Positions 12,815 to 27,726 of a stretch of DNA of 64,000 nucleotides are shown one piece after another. The stretch's first letter is position 1; each line of letters starts with the position of its first letter. The DNA lies in NCBI GenBank assembly GCA_964016885.1, contig OZ024740.1, positions 91,016,001-91,080,000 of the forward strand, written 5' to 3'. The position numbers were made by a program, and so were the translations under genes. The notes beneath the pieces are model-generated. The model worked only from the letters and a program-made list of their open reading frames with translations, was not told the DNA's origin and made no database searches. The stretch is from Eledone cirrhosa (Eukaryota).

Positions 12815-13682
12815 TGAAGATCCGAGATTTGACTACTGTGACTTTACGGATTAATGGTGAAATATATTTCTTTAATGAAATATATACAAGGAATATTAAT
12901 CATGTTTTAAAAGATAATATCTGAAGCTCTAGTTAAACTTTAATTAGTTACCTACCTAGCTATGTGTGATTACACACTTTACAAACTATCCACCGTGATT
13001 TTTTCATGTGTTTATTTTAAATATATATATATGTCAATCAATTTCTAGTTGATATAAAATGCTCGGATCTATTCATTGGATTCTTTGAGCTTATTCTACG
13101 GTGGATTTGGCGCATGTCCCGGACATGACTCCCTTAAATTAATTTGATTAAATTAATTTGGATATATCACGTCTCTTAATTGTAGAGCTATCTCAGTTTA
13201 AATGATTCAGCTGCTATTTATAGCTGTCGATCACCATATTTTACCCCACTGGGATGACGCTAGCATGTTGTTAGTAGTTTTAGAATTGCAAAACGTACGA
13301 TGGGTCACTCGCAGATTTGCATTTGATGTGTAAACACAGATAGTTAAATCTTCTACCTTGCTGAAGACCCGATTTTGACTACTGTGACTTTACGGATTAA
13401 TGGTGAAATATATTTATTTAATGAAATATATACAAGGAAGATTAATCATTTTTTAAAAGGTAATATTTGAAGCTCTATTTAAAATTTAATTAGTTACCTA
13501 CCTAGCTATGTGTGACTACACACTTTACAAATTATCCCCTGTAATTGTTTCATATGTTTATTTTAAATAGATATATATATATATATGACAATCAATTTCT
13601 AGTTGATATAAAATGCTCGGATCAATTCATTGGAATCTTTGAGCTTATTCTACGGTGGATTAGGGGCATGACTCCCTTAATA
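12815..13682 (+). mobile_element. ORF-less partial tandem repeat (546-nt unit) with one hammerhead per unit; retrozyme-like
   Basis: 12815-13139 is repeated at 13362-13680; predicted cleavage sites after 12886 and 13432. Confidence 0.75.
13347..13443 (+). ncRNA. Type I hammerhead ribozyme with a stable stem III
   Basis: Stem I aatctt-cta-ccttg/caagg-aagatt; CTGAAGA 13361-67; GAAA 13405-08; stem III atatattt/aaatatat; cleavage after UA at 13431-32; stem II imperfect. Confidence 0.75.
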
Positions 13683-13702
13683 TAAACTAATTAAGTTAAT
13701 AT

Positions 13703-13745
<43 letters not shown>

Positions 13746-13769
13746 GCAAAATTCGGGGTCCTACTCGTT

Positions 13770-13846
<77 letters not shown>

Positions 13847-13851
<5 letters not shown>

Positions 13852-14044
13852 AACGAGTGTGACCACGACGGCTGAGCTCAAGCCGTTTCGACGGCTAATT
13901 CTGGACGGAATTAGTCCAGAATTAGCCGTCGAAACGGCTTGAGCTCAGCCGTCGGGGTCCTACTCGTTCCTATTACCCACTCTACTACCCTAAGTATTGA
14001 GTAATTTGGTGCGTTATGCTTCCTTACCACATTTCCTTTGTTAT
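13847..14044 (+). mobile_element. Fold-back half-hammerhead mini element, copy A (plus a fragment at 13752-13775)
   Basis: ~60-bp inverted arms 13847-13906/13914-13973 plus a ~70-nt unique tail; the right arm reads GAAA-cggct(tgagctc)agccg-TC-gggg; sits in (TA)n. Confidence 0.8.
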
Positions 14045-14432
14045 ACATATATATAAATATATATATATATATAGTTATACTATATAAATAAGACACATGT
14101 GCTTGCCACACGTGTAACTATTGCACACACTAACTGCTTCTGACTATCCTATCGCATTAATTTCATGTTGTATTTTAACTTTAATTTTTATTTTTATCCT
14201 CTTTTGATATGAATGTAATCTTTAAATGTATACTGCCACGCTAAATGCTATAATGGTTGTCGACCCACCCACCAACAATATATGCATATGTATCTGTATG
14301 TCTCTTGGGTTGAAAAGGAGGTCATATATGTGATCATTCATTAATAAATTGGTCCGAAGAAATCCAAACCTCTGTTTGGAGGAAACAATTGTAAGCATAT
14401 AAAGGATTTGAACAGAACTTTGATTCTTATAA

Positions 14433-14472
<40 letters not shown>

Positions 14473-14529
14473 GTATTTGTAAAGATGGGGTTATTATGTC
14501 ATCATTGATTTGTTTTATTGCATGATATA

Positions 14530-14760
14530 TGTTTCTTTTACATGGTTATGCATGTGATTCCTGATGTGTTCATACACAAGTAACATGCATAACCATGTAA
14601 CAGAAATAAATCAGTTATCTTAACTGCATGTAATTTGATAAATGAACATTTTGGGACTATGGTTGAAATTATCCGTTCCAGATGTACAGAAAAGCGTATG
14701 ATATAGGCCTCTTACATGAAAGCAAAATCTTGAGATAATTGTCGTTTCGACATTACTGCT
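14530..14760 (+). repeat. Old repeat with an eroded HHR and a local hairpin; inverted relative of 16640-16890
   Basis: ttacatggttatgcatgt/acatgcataaccatgtaa hairpin; 14613-14700 aligns to the reverse complement of 16710-16800. Confidence 0.55.
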
Positions 14761-16079
14761 GCTTCTATGTTCGTGGAAGATACTGCCGCAACAAAGCGCT
14801 GGATTTCTGATATCATGTATCTAATTGCACCACACAACGTTCATCCATTCATTATGTCAGTTAGTCGGGTGTTTAGTGTAAGAAATTATACATAAGCTTT
14901 CGTATTCCTGATGTGGAAACAATCGTTTGACACTTTTCTTGTTACTGGTATCTAACTTTATACCGTATCATAGAAACAGTGGGATATGTTCAATTGTCTA
15001 TGAAAGTTCTGTAGACTTCGTGACCCTCCAATGTCAAGTTTAATTTCGAACAATGGCTCAACTAATATCCGCAACCTAAAATAATGAGATATTTCCATTT
15101 TCAACAATCAAAAGACAGCGACAACAAACTGCACACTGTTATTAAGACATAAATAGTCCACATTAAAATACACATTTTAAACGAGATATAATATATCATA
15201 ATCATTGTGATTCAGATAAAAACATAATACATGGAAATTTATGAATATAAAATAAAGACGAAAAGTCCTGGATGGATCATAAGGACAGAATATTGGTTAA
15301 AAGGAAATGTCAAATATGTCAACTCCGGAAGGGTAAAAAGCGAATTTGACCTGGAAACGGATTTGAACTCAGAATGTAGAATTATGTATATAAATACCGA
15401 AAAGTATTGTGACGAGTGATCAACCAGTTCCTGCAATTTACCGGTACATATTCACTAATTAATATAGTTGAAGGCTCGCGCTTCCCTTGAATGTATGTGT
15501 AAGCTATGGAATTATGGAACAGGACTTTTAGTTTTAATTTTAAGGTTAACTTTCAGTTTTAGTCGACGGTTTAAAATACGGCCATTTTTAAATATAGTCT
15601 GCTTATGAGATGCGTGCGAGTATAATTTGGCAAAGTGATCCCCCCACTTCATATTCAGTTCAGCACACACACACACGTGTGTTTGTGTGTGTGTGAGAAA
15701 GATTAATAATCGCACTAACATAATTAAATTTTCTCTTTAATTAAGGTACCAATTTTGAATAATTTTGACCTGAATTTCTTTACTCTCAGGCCCAATATAA
15801 TGGATGGGTGGAATAAGAGGGGATGTAACAAGTGCTGTATTAAGCGAAACCCACAATGTTCATCAGCTAGCTTTTACTCATCAAACTCTCAATATTCCTT
15901 TCCCAGACACGTAGCATAGACTTTTCGGCGAATGGTTAAAAAAGAGATCGGTTTATAATAGCAGCAATCTCTCATTCCTATTTTTAAATATTCGATTTAT
16001 TATTCAGATTGCCAATGCTTAGGTGCATTACTAGAGATTCGTGCTACTCGGTATACATGAGTCAGCCAAAGAAGACCAT

Positions 16080-16600
16080 CTCAATGTAAATATTTTAGAA
16101 TATAGGCCCAAATTCCATCCCCCACTACGGCCTTTCTACAATTGAGGTATTTAATGCCTCATTAGATCTCACACATGGAGGGTTTAGTCAATGAATTTAG
16201 ATACATCTCATGTATATCATAAGATGCTGTTGTGACTGATTTAGAAGAGATGATTCCTAATGAAGTAGAGAGAACACAAGACACGTGTCTGAAGCATGTG
16301 TGGAGGCGGACATCTTATTACGAAGTCGGCGGAATGCCGAATTGAAGATAGCGAATTTGGCTTTTACATGTACCTCCCTCCATCTAATTGCTGAATGATG
16401 ATACTGGGGCATTGTTGTACCAGCTCCTGCAATTCTCACACTTAATCCAGACTTATGTATTCCATCAATCGTGAAAAAGGCTCCGAGATAATTGAACTTC
16501 GCCTCCTGCTACAATGGAACTCTATTAACATGAATGGTACATTGTGCCGGCTTCATTGAGAAGAAAGGTTTCTTAGTTTTCTTAGCAATATCTTCGTTCC
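16080..16600 (-). mobile_element. RTE-clade LINE RT C-terminal fragment
   Basis: KFNYLGAFFTIDG...VRIAGAGTTM...KAKFAIFNSAF. Confidence 0.65.
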
Positions 16601-16639
16601 AGATATGCAGCACTCTGCAAGAAACTATAGAGAGTAATT

Positions 16640-16890
16640 CGGAGATTACCTTCTGTCGAGTTCAGTGACAGCATATAATCTGCAAATTCCAGCCGATGTA
16701 AGTCGCTGATATTTCATGCTTTTCTGCACACCCAGAATGGGTAATTTCAACCTTAGTCCCAAAATATTAATTTCTCAAATTACGGGCAGTTAAGATAATT
16801 GCTTTATTGCAGGATATATATTTTTGTTACATGGTTACGCATGCGACTTCATCAGATTATATGTATAAGCATCATGAATCACATGTAACA
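16640..16890 (-). repeat. Second copy of the 14.5-kb repeat, retaining the CTGATGA core
   Basis: Minus strand reads ataat-CTGATGA-agtcgcatgcgtaaccatgtaac-aaaa; GAAA is mutated. Confidence 0.5.
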
Positions 16891-17834
16891 TTTCGGAAAA
16901 TCCAAGAAAAATCGGAGAAATCAGGACGCTAGTAAATTCGAGGAAAATCCGAGGAATCAGGAATATAGGAAACTATTAGAAAAGCCGAAGAAGATCTCGG
17001 AAAATCCTAGCAATCTAGAAGTAATACGAGGTAATTCCGACATTCCGGCAACACGGTATATATACCTACGCTAAATATTAATGCAATTCAATTCAGACAC
17101 TCTCCCTACTTTTACCACATATGTTTATTTGTGTGTCGTTGTGTGTGTTCGTGAGTGTGAGAGAGTGTGGCCTAAGCGAAATAGACAGTTATCAATATAT
17201 ATTTTACTGAAAAAATGTTGCAACTCGAGAAATGAGACCAGTATTATGTGTGATACTAATTATTTACCAATGCATCTTGTTTGACTGCATTAGCTGAATT
17301 TTAACCTTACACAGTACAAACAGTTTATAGATATGGATATCAGATACCTCAAACAATTTACTCATTTACAAAAGCACATCAAGTTATGAGACATAAATAT
17401 TGATTATCTTCTATTTGCAGACGTTCTATAAATATGAGTGTTATTATTTTTTATTACAACTTCCTTCTGATATAGACCGTTTTGTTGTTGTGGTTCCTTT
17501 GTCTTTGTTTTATCGTGAACATTGAACTAAATCTTTTATAACGAACTAGCAGAATAAGACATTTATGATTTCATTAAAACATCGGGAAGAATTTGTTTTG
17601 AATTATATACTTATTTTATATAGACTATTTACAGATTAATGAATTTTGAATATAATACACAACGAACACACATATATTTTAGGCACGAATCATTTTCTCA
17701 CATATCCATCTAGATAAGTGCGAATGTGTAGAATATGTGCTTTCGTATTCGTTGTATATAATTGTATGTATATTAAATCATACTACAATGTATTGTTTAC
17801 TTGGGATTTATTATTCCGTCAATTTTCAAATGTG

Positions 17835-19265
<1,431 letters not shown>

Positions 19266-19552
19266 ATATATGTATGTACGTATACATATTTAGATCTGTA
19301 ACTTACATAGAGCACTCTTCTCTCCTATGACTTTTTTAATTTCCAACGGGAACTTCATTACTTATATATATATATAAGTATTGAAGATAAATATATGTAC
19401 AGATAAAAACACAAGCACAAAAGGATACATACACATACATGCGTACATACATACAAAAACACGCATGCATACAAACCATACCCATATATATACATAGATG
19501 TACATCTAATCAGACGCACGCACGCGACCATATCTATATATATATATAAGTA

Positions 19553-21227
19553 CAAATAAATTATCGAGAATTGGAACTTCGGCCCAGGAAATAACGAAAA
19601 ACAATCTTCGAAATGTGCGGCAAAGCGCTCAATGTTTCGGATAAACCAGAACTATAACTAACGTTTAATACCAACACACTGAAATGATGCTTAAACATTC
19701 ATTCGCACAGCCAAAAATACGACCAAGAAAATTCGGGTCAAACAAATAAAAATATATATGAATGAAAAAGTTACCCAGACCCCCTGGAAAGAAGGTAAAA
19801 CAAGCATTTGGGTTTCTGCGGCTCCTAAATCAGGTACCGTCCGCCTACATGAAAAATGTCCGGCTTCTGGTAAGATGATGAACAAGGAAGTTACTTTTTC
19901 AACAGGCCTTTATTTCAATAATACAGGAGACGACTGTTACTAAATACACGTGGGGACCAGCAAGGGAGGCAACCCCTATATTAGGCGAATGAATTCAGTT
20001 GTGTATATTATTGTAAGAATACAAAATATCACAAATCGAATTAGAGTTCTCAACAGACGGGTTAAAATTAACATGACCTATTCATCAGTCAATAGGATCA
20101 ACTAAAAAATAAAATTAACTGATCAATAGCTAGAGACTGCAAGTAAATACAAATAAATTATCGAGAATCGGAACTTCGGCCCACGAAATAACGAAAAACA
20201 ATCTTCGAAATGTGCGGCAATGTGCTCAATGTTTCGGAAAAACCACAGCTATAACTAACTTATATATATCAGTATGTAAAATACCTAAACGTAAGAACAC
20301 ACATATACATATACACGCACGCACACGAATGCATTCGTATACATATACAGACACGTATACACATATATGCACACATACACGCTTACATACATATACAAAA
20401 GCCAGCCCTATGAATAAATGGGTACAATATATAAGCAAGTAAACATACATAAAAGCGGCTGAGGGACAATAGAATATATCTGGAGTTAATAACACGAGTG
20501 ACATGTGATATAAGGTAGTGAAAGAAAAGGAGGAAGTAAAATATGTAAAATTGTGAAGATATAAAGTAAGTGAATCAATAGTGGATGTGAAGTAAACATA
20601 AAAATAAAAATAAAAATAAAAATTAAAATAAAAATAAAATAAATCAGAAAGGGAAGTCTGTAAAGAAGGTAAGTTAAGGAAAGCGAAAAACAAGAGTTTC
20701 TGGAGGCTAAGTATCTGAAAGTCAGTTAAGTTTATATGAGCTGGAAAGTAAGTGTGATTTCATGTGTGGGCAACTGGTGAACATTTTTGTTTTTACATTT
20801 AGGCAGGGTTTTGGTGATTTAGAACTTTGTAAAATCCAATATGTTTCACTTATGCAGAGTGCGCATCTTCTTGTTCCTCTTGCATATTCTTTAGATTGGT
20901 TCAAAATTGACCAATCTATTTTTTATTGGGGACCTTGGTCATTCAAATCCCATATTCTGCCAGCCAGAGCTGTTGTAAATCTTTTTTCAGGATGTCGGAA
21001 AGATACGACATGTGAGTAATAACGCGTTTTGAATTTGTTTTGTGTCATACCCACGTATCCTTCGCTGGTGGCTGGTAGGTTGTTGCTAGTGGTTGTCACA
21101 TTAGCCTCATATGTAATGGCTTTGGTGTTGCATTTACCTTGTAATGGGCATTCACTTTTGACTCTACAGGAGCAACCTTGATGTTCTCCGGGTATTTTCT
21201 TATTGAGCATATACGATTTAATAGAGG

Positions 21228-21230
<3 letters not shown>
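19553..21230 (-). mobile_element. 5'-truncated PLE: GIY-YIG domain, 3' UTR, 110-bp direct repeats and a degenerate HHR
   Basis: CPLQGKCNTKAITYEANV..YVGMTQNKFKTRYYSH; RCALCISETYWIL..LNVKTKMFTSCPH; 19553-19660 repeated at 20150-20260; attga-CTGATGA...tcgat at ~20035-20093. Confidence 0.75.
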
Positions 21231-21281
<51 letters not shown>

Positions 21282-22436
21282 TTGTGTGTAAGTAATCATC
21301 TCTTCTTAATTATATACATGCTCAAAATATGTATTGATAAAAAAAAATATTCGTTTTGTTAATGCCCCCACGCCGAACTCACACTACCATTAATCAGTAC
21401 CTTCACATTGTGCTTATACTTCAACTTACGACACATTTTAATAAATGCTCAATTGTGTAAGTACATTGATTACTATTTTTGCTACTATGAACGTCCTGTT
21501 TTGTAGACTGAAGCACGTCTAAAGGCTGACACAAATAAAAAACAACAACATTGTATTTACATATTTTTCCAGGAAAATTCTCTGCGTAGTCAGACTGTCT
21601 CCATTTATATACAACAGTAATGAGATTCCTACACGTTAAAAGACCGATGTTGAAATCACACAAACACACTGACTTTAAAATAAGTTACGATCGTCGCATG
21701 CGTCAAACTAGATCAATATACTCGGCCGTCGGCACGCAGAAGTTAAGAATAATCAACGAATATTCTTAAGAGTTCGCGATGTTTGACACGAGATTTCTGA
21801 TTGTAGTATGCTTCAAATATATTCTGACATATGTATCAGTTCCCAAAGCAGGACTTGTTGCATGACCGTCTATTTTCGTTTAATGAACTCAAGATTCACT
21901 GAGATTCAAGGATTACAGAGCATGTGATTCTCAGGTTACTTCTTATTTTTATAAAGAAGAGAAAATACATTTATTCCATTGTCTTCAATTGTATATATAA
22001 TAGAAAGAGGATATATAGTACTCTTATTTAAAAAATTTCCAAAACAGAAAGGAAAATAATCTGATTGTTTGATGTCATGTTCACAGACGTCGTAAGATAT
22101 AGGAATTGTGTGACAATTTGTTGGAAAACATGTAGAATATATTGTCTTACATACACTTATCTACCCGTAATCTGTCAGTCATTTTTAGTACATAAACAAT
22201 AACACGGACGCACACATACACACACATACATGTATCCACACACAAACTCACACACACAAACTTGCACACATATATATAGAGGGAAAACATACATAAACAT
22301 GATGGTAGAGAGAAGTTCCTAGCTAAAATAGAAAAGCAAATAGATGAATGTGCGCACCATATAGATAAGGAGAACAATGAATATTCTCTATAAAAAAAGA
22401 CAATAACAACAACAACAAACAACTACAAAATATGAA

Positions 22437-22482
22437 TACTACTACTGCTACTACTACTACTATTATTACTACTACTACTACA

Positions 22483-22531
<49 letters not shown>

Positions 22532-22566
22532 ATTCTACTACTACTAATTCTACTACTACTATTATT
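22437..22566. repeat. (ACT)n microsatellite
   Basis: Directly visible. Confidence 0.95.
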
Positions 22567-25150
22567 ACGCATAATTATTTCATTTATTGGCAAAAAGGGC
22601 CGACATATAGTGGACAATGCAATAGACGAGGACATATAAAGTGTGTAAAAATATACATAATAACAAAATAAAAATAAAAATATATTAATTAAATTCACCC
22701 ACATTTTAACAAATGTACTGGGGTCGGCACTTCTCTCTCCACCTTCACCTCCCATTCCAAGTGAAACTTGAAAAAGTTGATGATGGATTGGTCGAAGAGA
22801 AAAGTGTCTGTCTTCATTCCTTTCAGCCTGGTCCACTATACGACCACTTTCGTTACTGTCATCGGACAGGAAAATTGCTTGTCCTTCCCGGACTCAGGTG
22901 ATAGCCAGATGCGTTCTATACGTGACATTATCGGTTCGACATAACTAAAAAAATCAGTAATGCAATCACACTGAGTGAGTGAGTGCAGAACCTCTTCGTC
23001 GTACTTTTGCGCTTTTCGGGCAGGTCCATCTGACTGTACGTCCGTGCCTGCAGCATTTATCACGAACCGGCAGTGTCCCTAGGTTGCACTGCTAAGCGAG
23101 GGATTCCTGGAAGTGATCAATCGCCCCCAGCTGGAAAGTCCTCCATAACAGACAGTGGAAATGAGAGTGGAATTTCTACTGAACTCATTTCCCGCCGGTT
23201 GATAGCAGTGAGTACATGGCAAATTTCCAGATGCCAGGCACCCAGTCTCGGTCTCTTCTTGACTTACAACTGCAGCTCACTCAAAATGACGAGCTTCAGA
23301 AAGGCCTGCCTAACAGCCGACTCGTATATTTGCACATCATTAGCCATAGCATGCCCAGCCTTACTTAGAGTGTGCTGGGAGCGAGATGGACCGCCTCACA
23401 AACAGAACTTGTCCCTTCCACAAGAGTTAGAAGAGTAACCGCTCCAAATTGGCGAGGCGCGTACGGGGTAAGGCACGACAGTCAGGCAATAATAAATGAC
23501 GGCTGCGATGTACAATACACCACGGCCAGCCGACTGTTGAGGGACAGCTACCTCTCTGTTACAGTCTGGGTGAGATTATCTGCCCTGGCCGTGACCACTC
23601 TCCAATTCTGATTTATCTGGGGGTCTGGTCCGAACCAAACACCGGGAAACGTTACCGGTCCATCCATTCAGCGTCCAATGGTGCTGTTGGATGGCATAGA
23701 ATTGTCTCTCCACGTGCTGAGCTACAAGCCCACCAAGTTTTGCGGGTTAAGTTCCACTTTCGTCAAACATTCATATTATTCTAATAAGGTGCTAACCAAC
23801 TTAATGTCCGAGGTGTCCGACACTCTCACGGTGATGTCATCCGATAAAGGCGATACAACCTTTCTGTTCACTAGATCGACCAGCTCCAGCTTCCGCAGAT
23901 TCAATGAGTACGGAAGGGAGGAGAGAGGGCATTCTTGAAGGACCCATCAGTAGATATGAAACGGTTCCGAAATGTGGATAGTCAATTCATTTGACCACCA
24001 AACAGATGCCTCTGTGTATTACAACGATCCAGCCTCTGAACATGGGATCGAACCCATCTGCCTTGAGGACACCCATAAGGTCGACCCTATCGAAAGTGTT
24101 CGATTGATCTAAATTGATAAGAGCCCTCAGTAGTCAGGCTTATACCTACACCTTCTATTATATATCGCATGAGGTGGAAGTTGTCTTGTATGGACCTGGT
24201 CCGGATTGCGATGTTCACGTTCCCCTACCAAATACTAGACGAAAAGGGCAAACCTGTTTGCTAACACCCTGGCCCAAATCTTAAACACAACATTGAGCAC
24301 CCCCACCCTTCCACCTTTCTATTTTTTGTCTAAAGCTACTTCTTTGCTAAACCCTATCAAAATTACCCTCATTTGAGAGCCCACCACTACATATTTATTA
24401 AGACACACTTTGTCAACTTTTGCTTAATTAAGTTGTTGATCCGGAAACAAACTTTTCAGCTTCCACTAACCAGGCTCTAACTTGCTTAGCTTTTCTAGAT
24501 CGATCATACAAATCACAAATTTGTCATCTAAATAAGCAATTGTTTGAAAGTGTGGATAACCTATATACTCGTCTATTGTCCCAATGAATAAACTATCTAT
24601 ATACGATTTAAATTCCGCTATACGGTTGGTCCAATACCACACTGGTTCATTAGGGAAATCTAGACGATAACTCTTTGGCTGTTGGAGCTGACTGATGAGG
24701 TATTTGAGTTTTTCTGTCCACGCTCTTTTCAGTTACTCCCACAAAACTTCAATGTGCGTCTAAGATGCCATTAGAGTCCCCCACTAACTATAAAAGGCGA
24801 AACGTTTCCAGAAAGGCTTCCATGCACCTAAAGTATTCCACCAGACCGGTTCCGGTCGGGACGTTGACGGACAGCAGTTTAAAAGTAGCACCTTCACTAC
24901 TGTTCACGGCCAGGATCACCAACTCACCTTACGGTTCACAGAAAATTGTTCTCGAGATCCAGGCCTATCGTATACAGCACTGTCGCCCCACCTTCCATTC
25001 CCGCCCAAATAAAAGATGACAAGATCAGATAATAATCGAATATGGGGGCTAGAGAGCACATATCGGAAATCCGTCTCGCTGACGGCAATGGTACCCATAT
25101 CTAGTGACCTAAGGTCAGAACTTAAAGGGAAATAAATATATGCCATTATC
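22567..25150 (-). mobile_element. Degraded Tx1-like LINE ORF2 (EN + RT, with internal deletion)
   Basis: SDLRSLDMGTIAVSET, GW*WKLK, LINLDQSNTFDRVD, WFGPD; 3' end catttattggc..gggccgacat resembles 4355-4380. Confidence 0.8.
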
Positions 25151-25215
25151 CTTGGTGTCCGACACTACCTTTGATGCCATTTATAGTTGAATGAGTGGAG
25201 ATGATGGTTGAATCA

Positions 25216-25253
25216 GTAGTAGTAGTAATATCATCATCATCATCAGCAGCAGC

Positions 25254-25309
<56 letters not shown>

Positions 25310-25310
25310 G
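25216..25310. repeat. (AGT)n microsatellite
   Basis: Directly visible. Confidence 0.9.
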
Positions 25311-26257
25311 AGGAGGAATAGGAAATGTTGTCGAGGAAGATGAGGAGGAGGCAGAGGTGTAGGAAGAAAGGAAGGAGTATATCCAGCATTTTTACTAAAA
25401 TAGAAAACGATTCTACCAAGAAATAAATAGAAACATAGATTTAAAATGCCAGACTCATATGTCTGTAAACATTAGGTACGACTCAAACCAATCCATATGA
25501 CATAAATTTAGAAAAGATATATCAGCATAACAGTGATTAATACCCGAAGAAAATAGTGCAAGCAGTACCTTCTTCAAATATTTAAAGAGTAAGTGTCAGA
25601 TAGAAATAATACATGCATTTATAAAAATCTAAGATCATGCCAATTACCAGAAGCATATTTTAAACCTCTCACCACATTCTTCCGTCTCATCAGACATTTC
25701 AAGAAATATATGTTAGAGGTAGAATAGATCGCACTTACTACTGCTTGAAAATAGATGGAACTCTTGAAAATTGTATTCAGTAATATGTAATATTAAAATA
25801 TTGACATATATCATATATGTGATCACTTATTTATCAGACTTGATTGGTATTATCAGCATTTCTATGTGTGCAGCTTTGTATTACTAATGTAAATCTACGC
25901 ACTAGTTATCTGATAAATACAAAACTGTTTACTCACGGTACTACAACTCTCTCACTCTCACTCATACTCTCTTTTAAACGTTCTCTCTCTCTCACTCTCG
26001 CACCCACACATTGTTTCTCTGTTTCTTCTCGTTCAAGAATCCGATTGATATTTAGCGTTTGCGGAGTTACAATATACTTTCCTGTTTTCATTCGAAATAA
26101 AATGACTTGTTGTATCCTACGACTAGATGCCTCATTCAGCGGGGTCGTTTAAAACCACTATTGAACTTGGGCTTAGTATTATAACAGAGACCCTTAACCG
26201 CCTAACTAATGTGCATAATTCAGGGGTTTCGACGAAGAATATTTGTTTATTATTATA

Positions 26258-26452
26258 AGCGCTGGATTGGCAGTATCGGTAGAGTGTCGGACGCCATGCT
26301 TTGCAGCAAAGAGTTAGGGCCATTTATGGTCTGAGTTCAAAACCCGCCGAGGTTAACTTTGCCTTGCATCTTTACGGGGTCGATAAAATAATGTGCCAGT
26401 AATGCGCTGGGATATTTGGTGGCCTTGTGCCAAAAGTAGAAACAATTATTAT
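26258..26452 (+). mobile_element. tRNA-derived SINE (OK-type), near full length
   Basis: A-box-like tggcagtatcggtag, B-box-like gagttcaaaaccc, core aactttgccttgcatc, tail gtgccaaaagtagaaacaattattat. Confidence 0.8.
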
Positions 26453-26463
26453 CCGCAAATTGG

Positions 26464-26501
<38 letters not shown>

Positions 26502-26505
<4 letters not shown>

Positions 26506-27723
26506 CATAAAAGCCCGGCGTTGCTCGTGGTCAGTAAGTTACCAAGGTTAGGTTGCACCACCCATTTTATGGCACCAGTTTTTTGTCTGCCAGGCACTGG
26601 GTGAATGAATTGCAGACCTGGACTGCCGAAGCAGGAGCTGCGCCAGCAGTGACAATTGTAGTTTCGCCTATCGATATTATCTCTGTGCAAAGAAGTGTTG
26701 AATTTTATTGTTTCACAGTACTTGCGCAACACGTGCGTAGACGAGGCCAGCCGAACAACAGAGCTGCGATTGAGTTGTTCTGCATGGTTGTCTAATGTGT
26801 GTTTTCTGAATTTAAGACAGTAGGGAGGGATGTGATACGGGGGAGAGTTAACTGCTGTTTCTAGCCGGTTTAGTGACCTCTTAGAGGAGATGATTTCTAA
26901 ATTTAAGACATTAGGGAGTGGTGTAATATGTGGGAGAGTTAGCTGATATTTCTAGCAGGTTTAGTGTCCTCATAGAGAATATTATTGTGTATAGTAAATG
27001 AACTAATACATCTTTCTTCCACGTTCGTTGATAGATTAAAAAAAAAAAGATTTATCGCTATTTTTGTTGTTGTTGAATAAATATATCTGTTGCTTTTGAA
27101 TATGGGGAGAGTTAGATGCTGTTTCTAGCAGGTTTAGTAACCTCATAGAGAATATGTTTTCTAAATTTAAGACATTAGGGAGTGGTGTGATAAGTGGGAG
27201 AGTTCTAGCAGGTTTAGTGACCTTATAGAGGATATTACTGTATATAATGAATGAACTGATACTTATTTATTCCACATTCGTTGATAGATGTTTTAAAAAA
27301 AGATTTGTCGCTAATTTTTTTGTTGTTGAATAAATTTATCTGTTGCTTTTGAATAATTGTTGTTTCGTATGAAATGTAGTTCTCTTTGTCATTAAATGGA
27401 ATAAATATTTGACCGTTCCACATTCAAAGACAAATGTTCTCTCTCTCCCTCTCACTTTCTCTCTCTCTCTCTCTCTTATAGTTTAAGGGGAGTAGAGAGA
27501 GGTAATCAGATTCTATTAGAGCGTCAAGCGTCATGTATTTAGTCTTATCGATTATTTCCGTAATTGTGGGTGAGTGTGAATGAAATAAATAGTCGTTGAC
27601 CTCAGACAACCATATACAACATTCTTACAGACTTTGAGTTGAATCGGTTTGAAATTGTGCAAATGTATAAACATGGAACATGCTCACACACACACACAAC
27701 AATACAAATCTGCCTTTTATAGA
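26502..27723 (-). mobile_element. Non-autonomous Helitron-like element, copy 1
   Basis: Homologous to 27727-28729; minus-strand 5' TC end at 27723; GC-rich subterminal hairpin; internal ~90-bp tandem repeats. Confidence 0.65.
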
Positions 27724-27726
27724 TAA

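Noticed and set aside
16893-17050. Degenerate ~10-bp ggaaaatccga repeats
   Set aside because: Short eroded minisatellite with no supportable function.
21421-21669. Possible host exon on the minus strand (tttag...gtaagt)
   Set aside because: No recognisable protein motif or partner exons; splice-like signals are expected by chance.
26800-27240. CRISPR-like array
   Set aside because: ~90-bp degenerate tandem units without unique spacers, inside a Helitron-like element; eukaryotic context with no cas genes.
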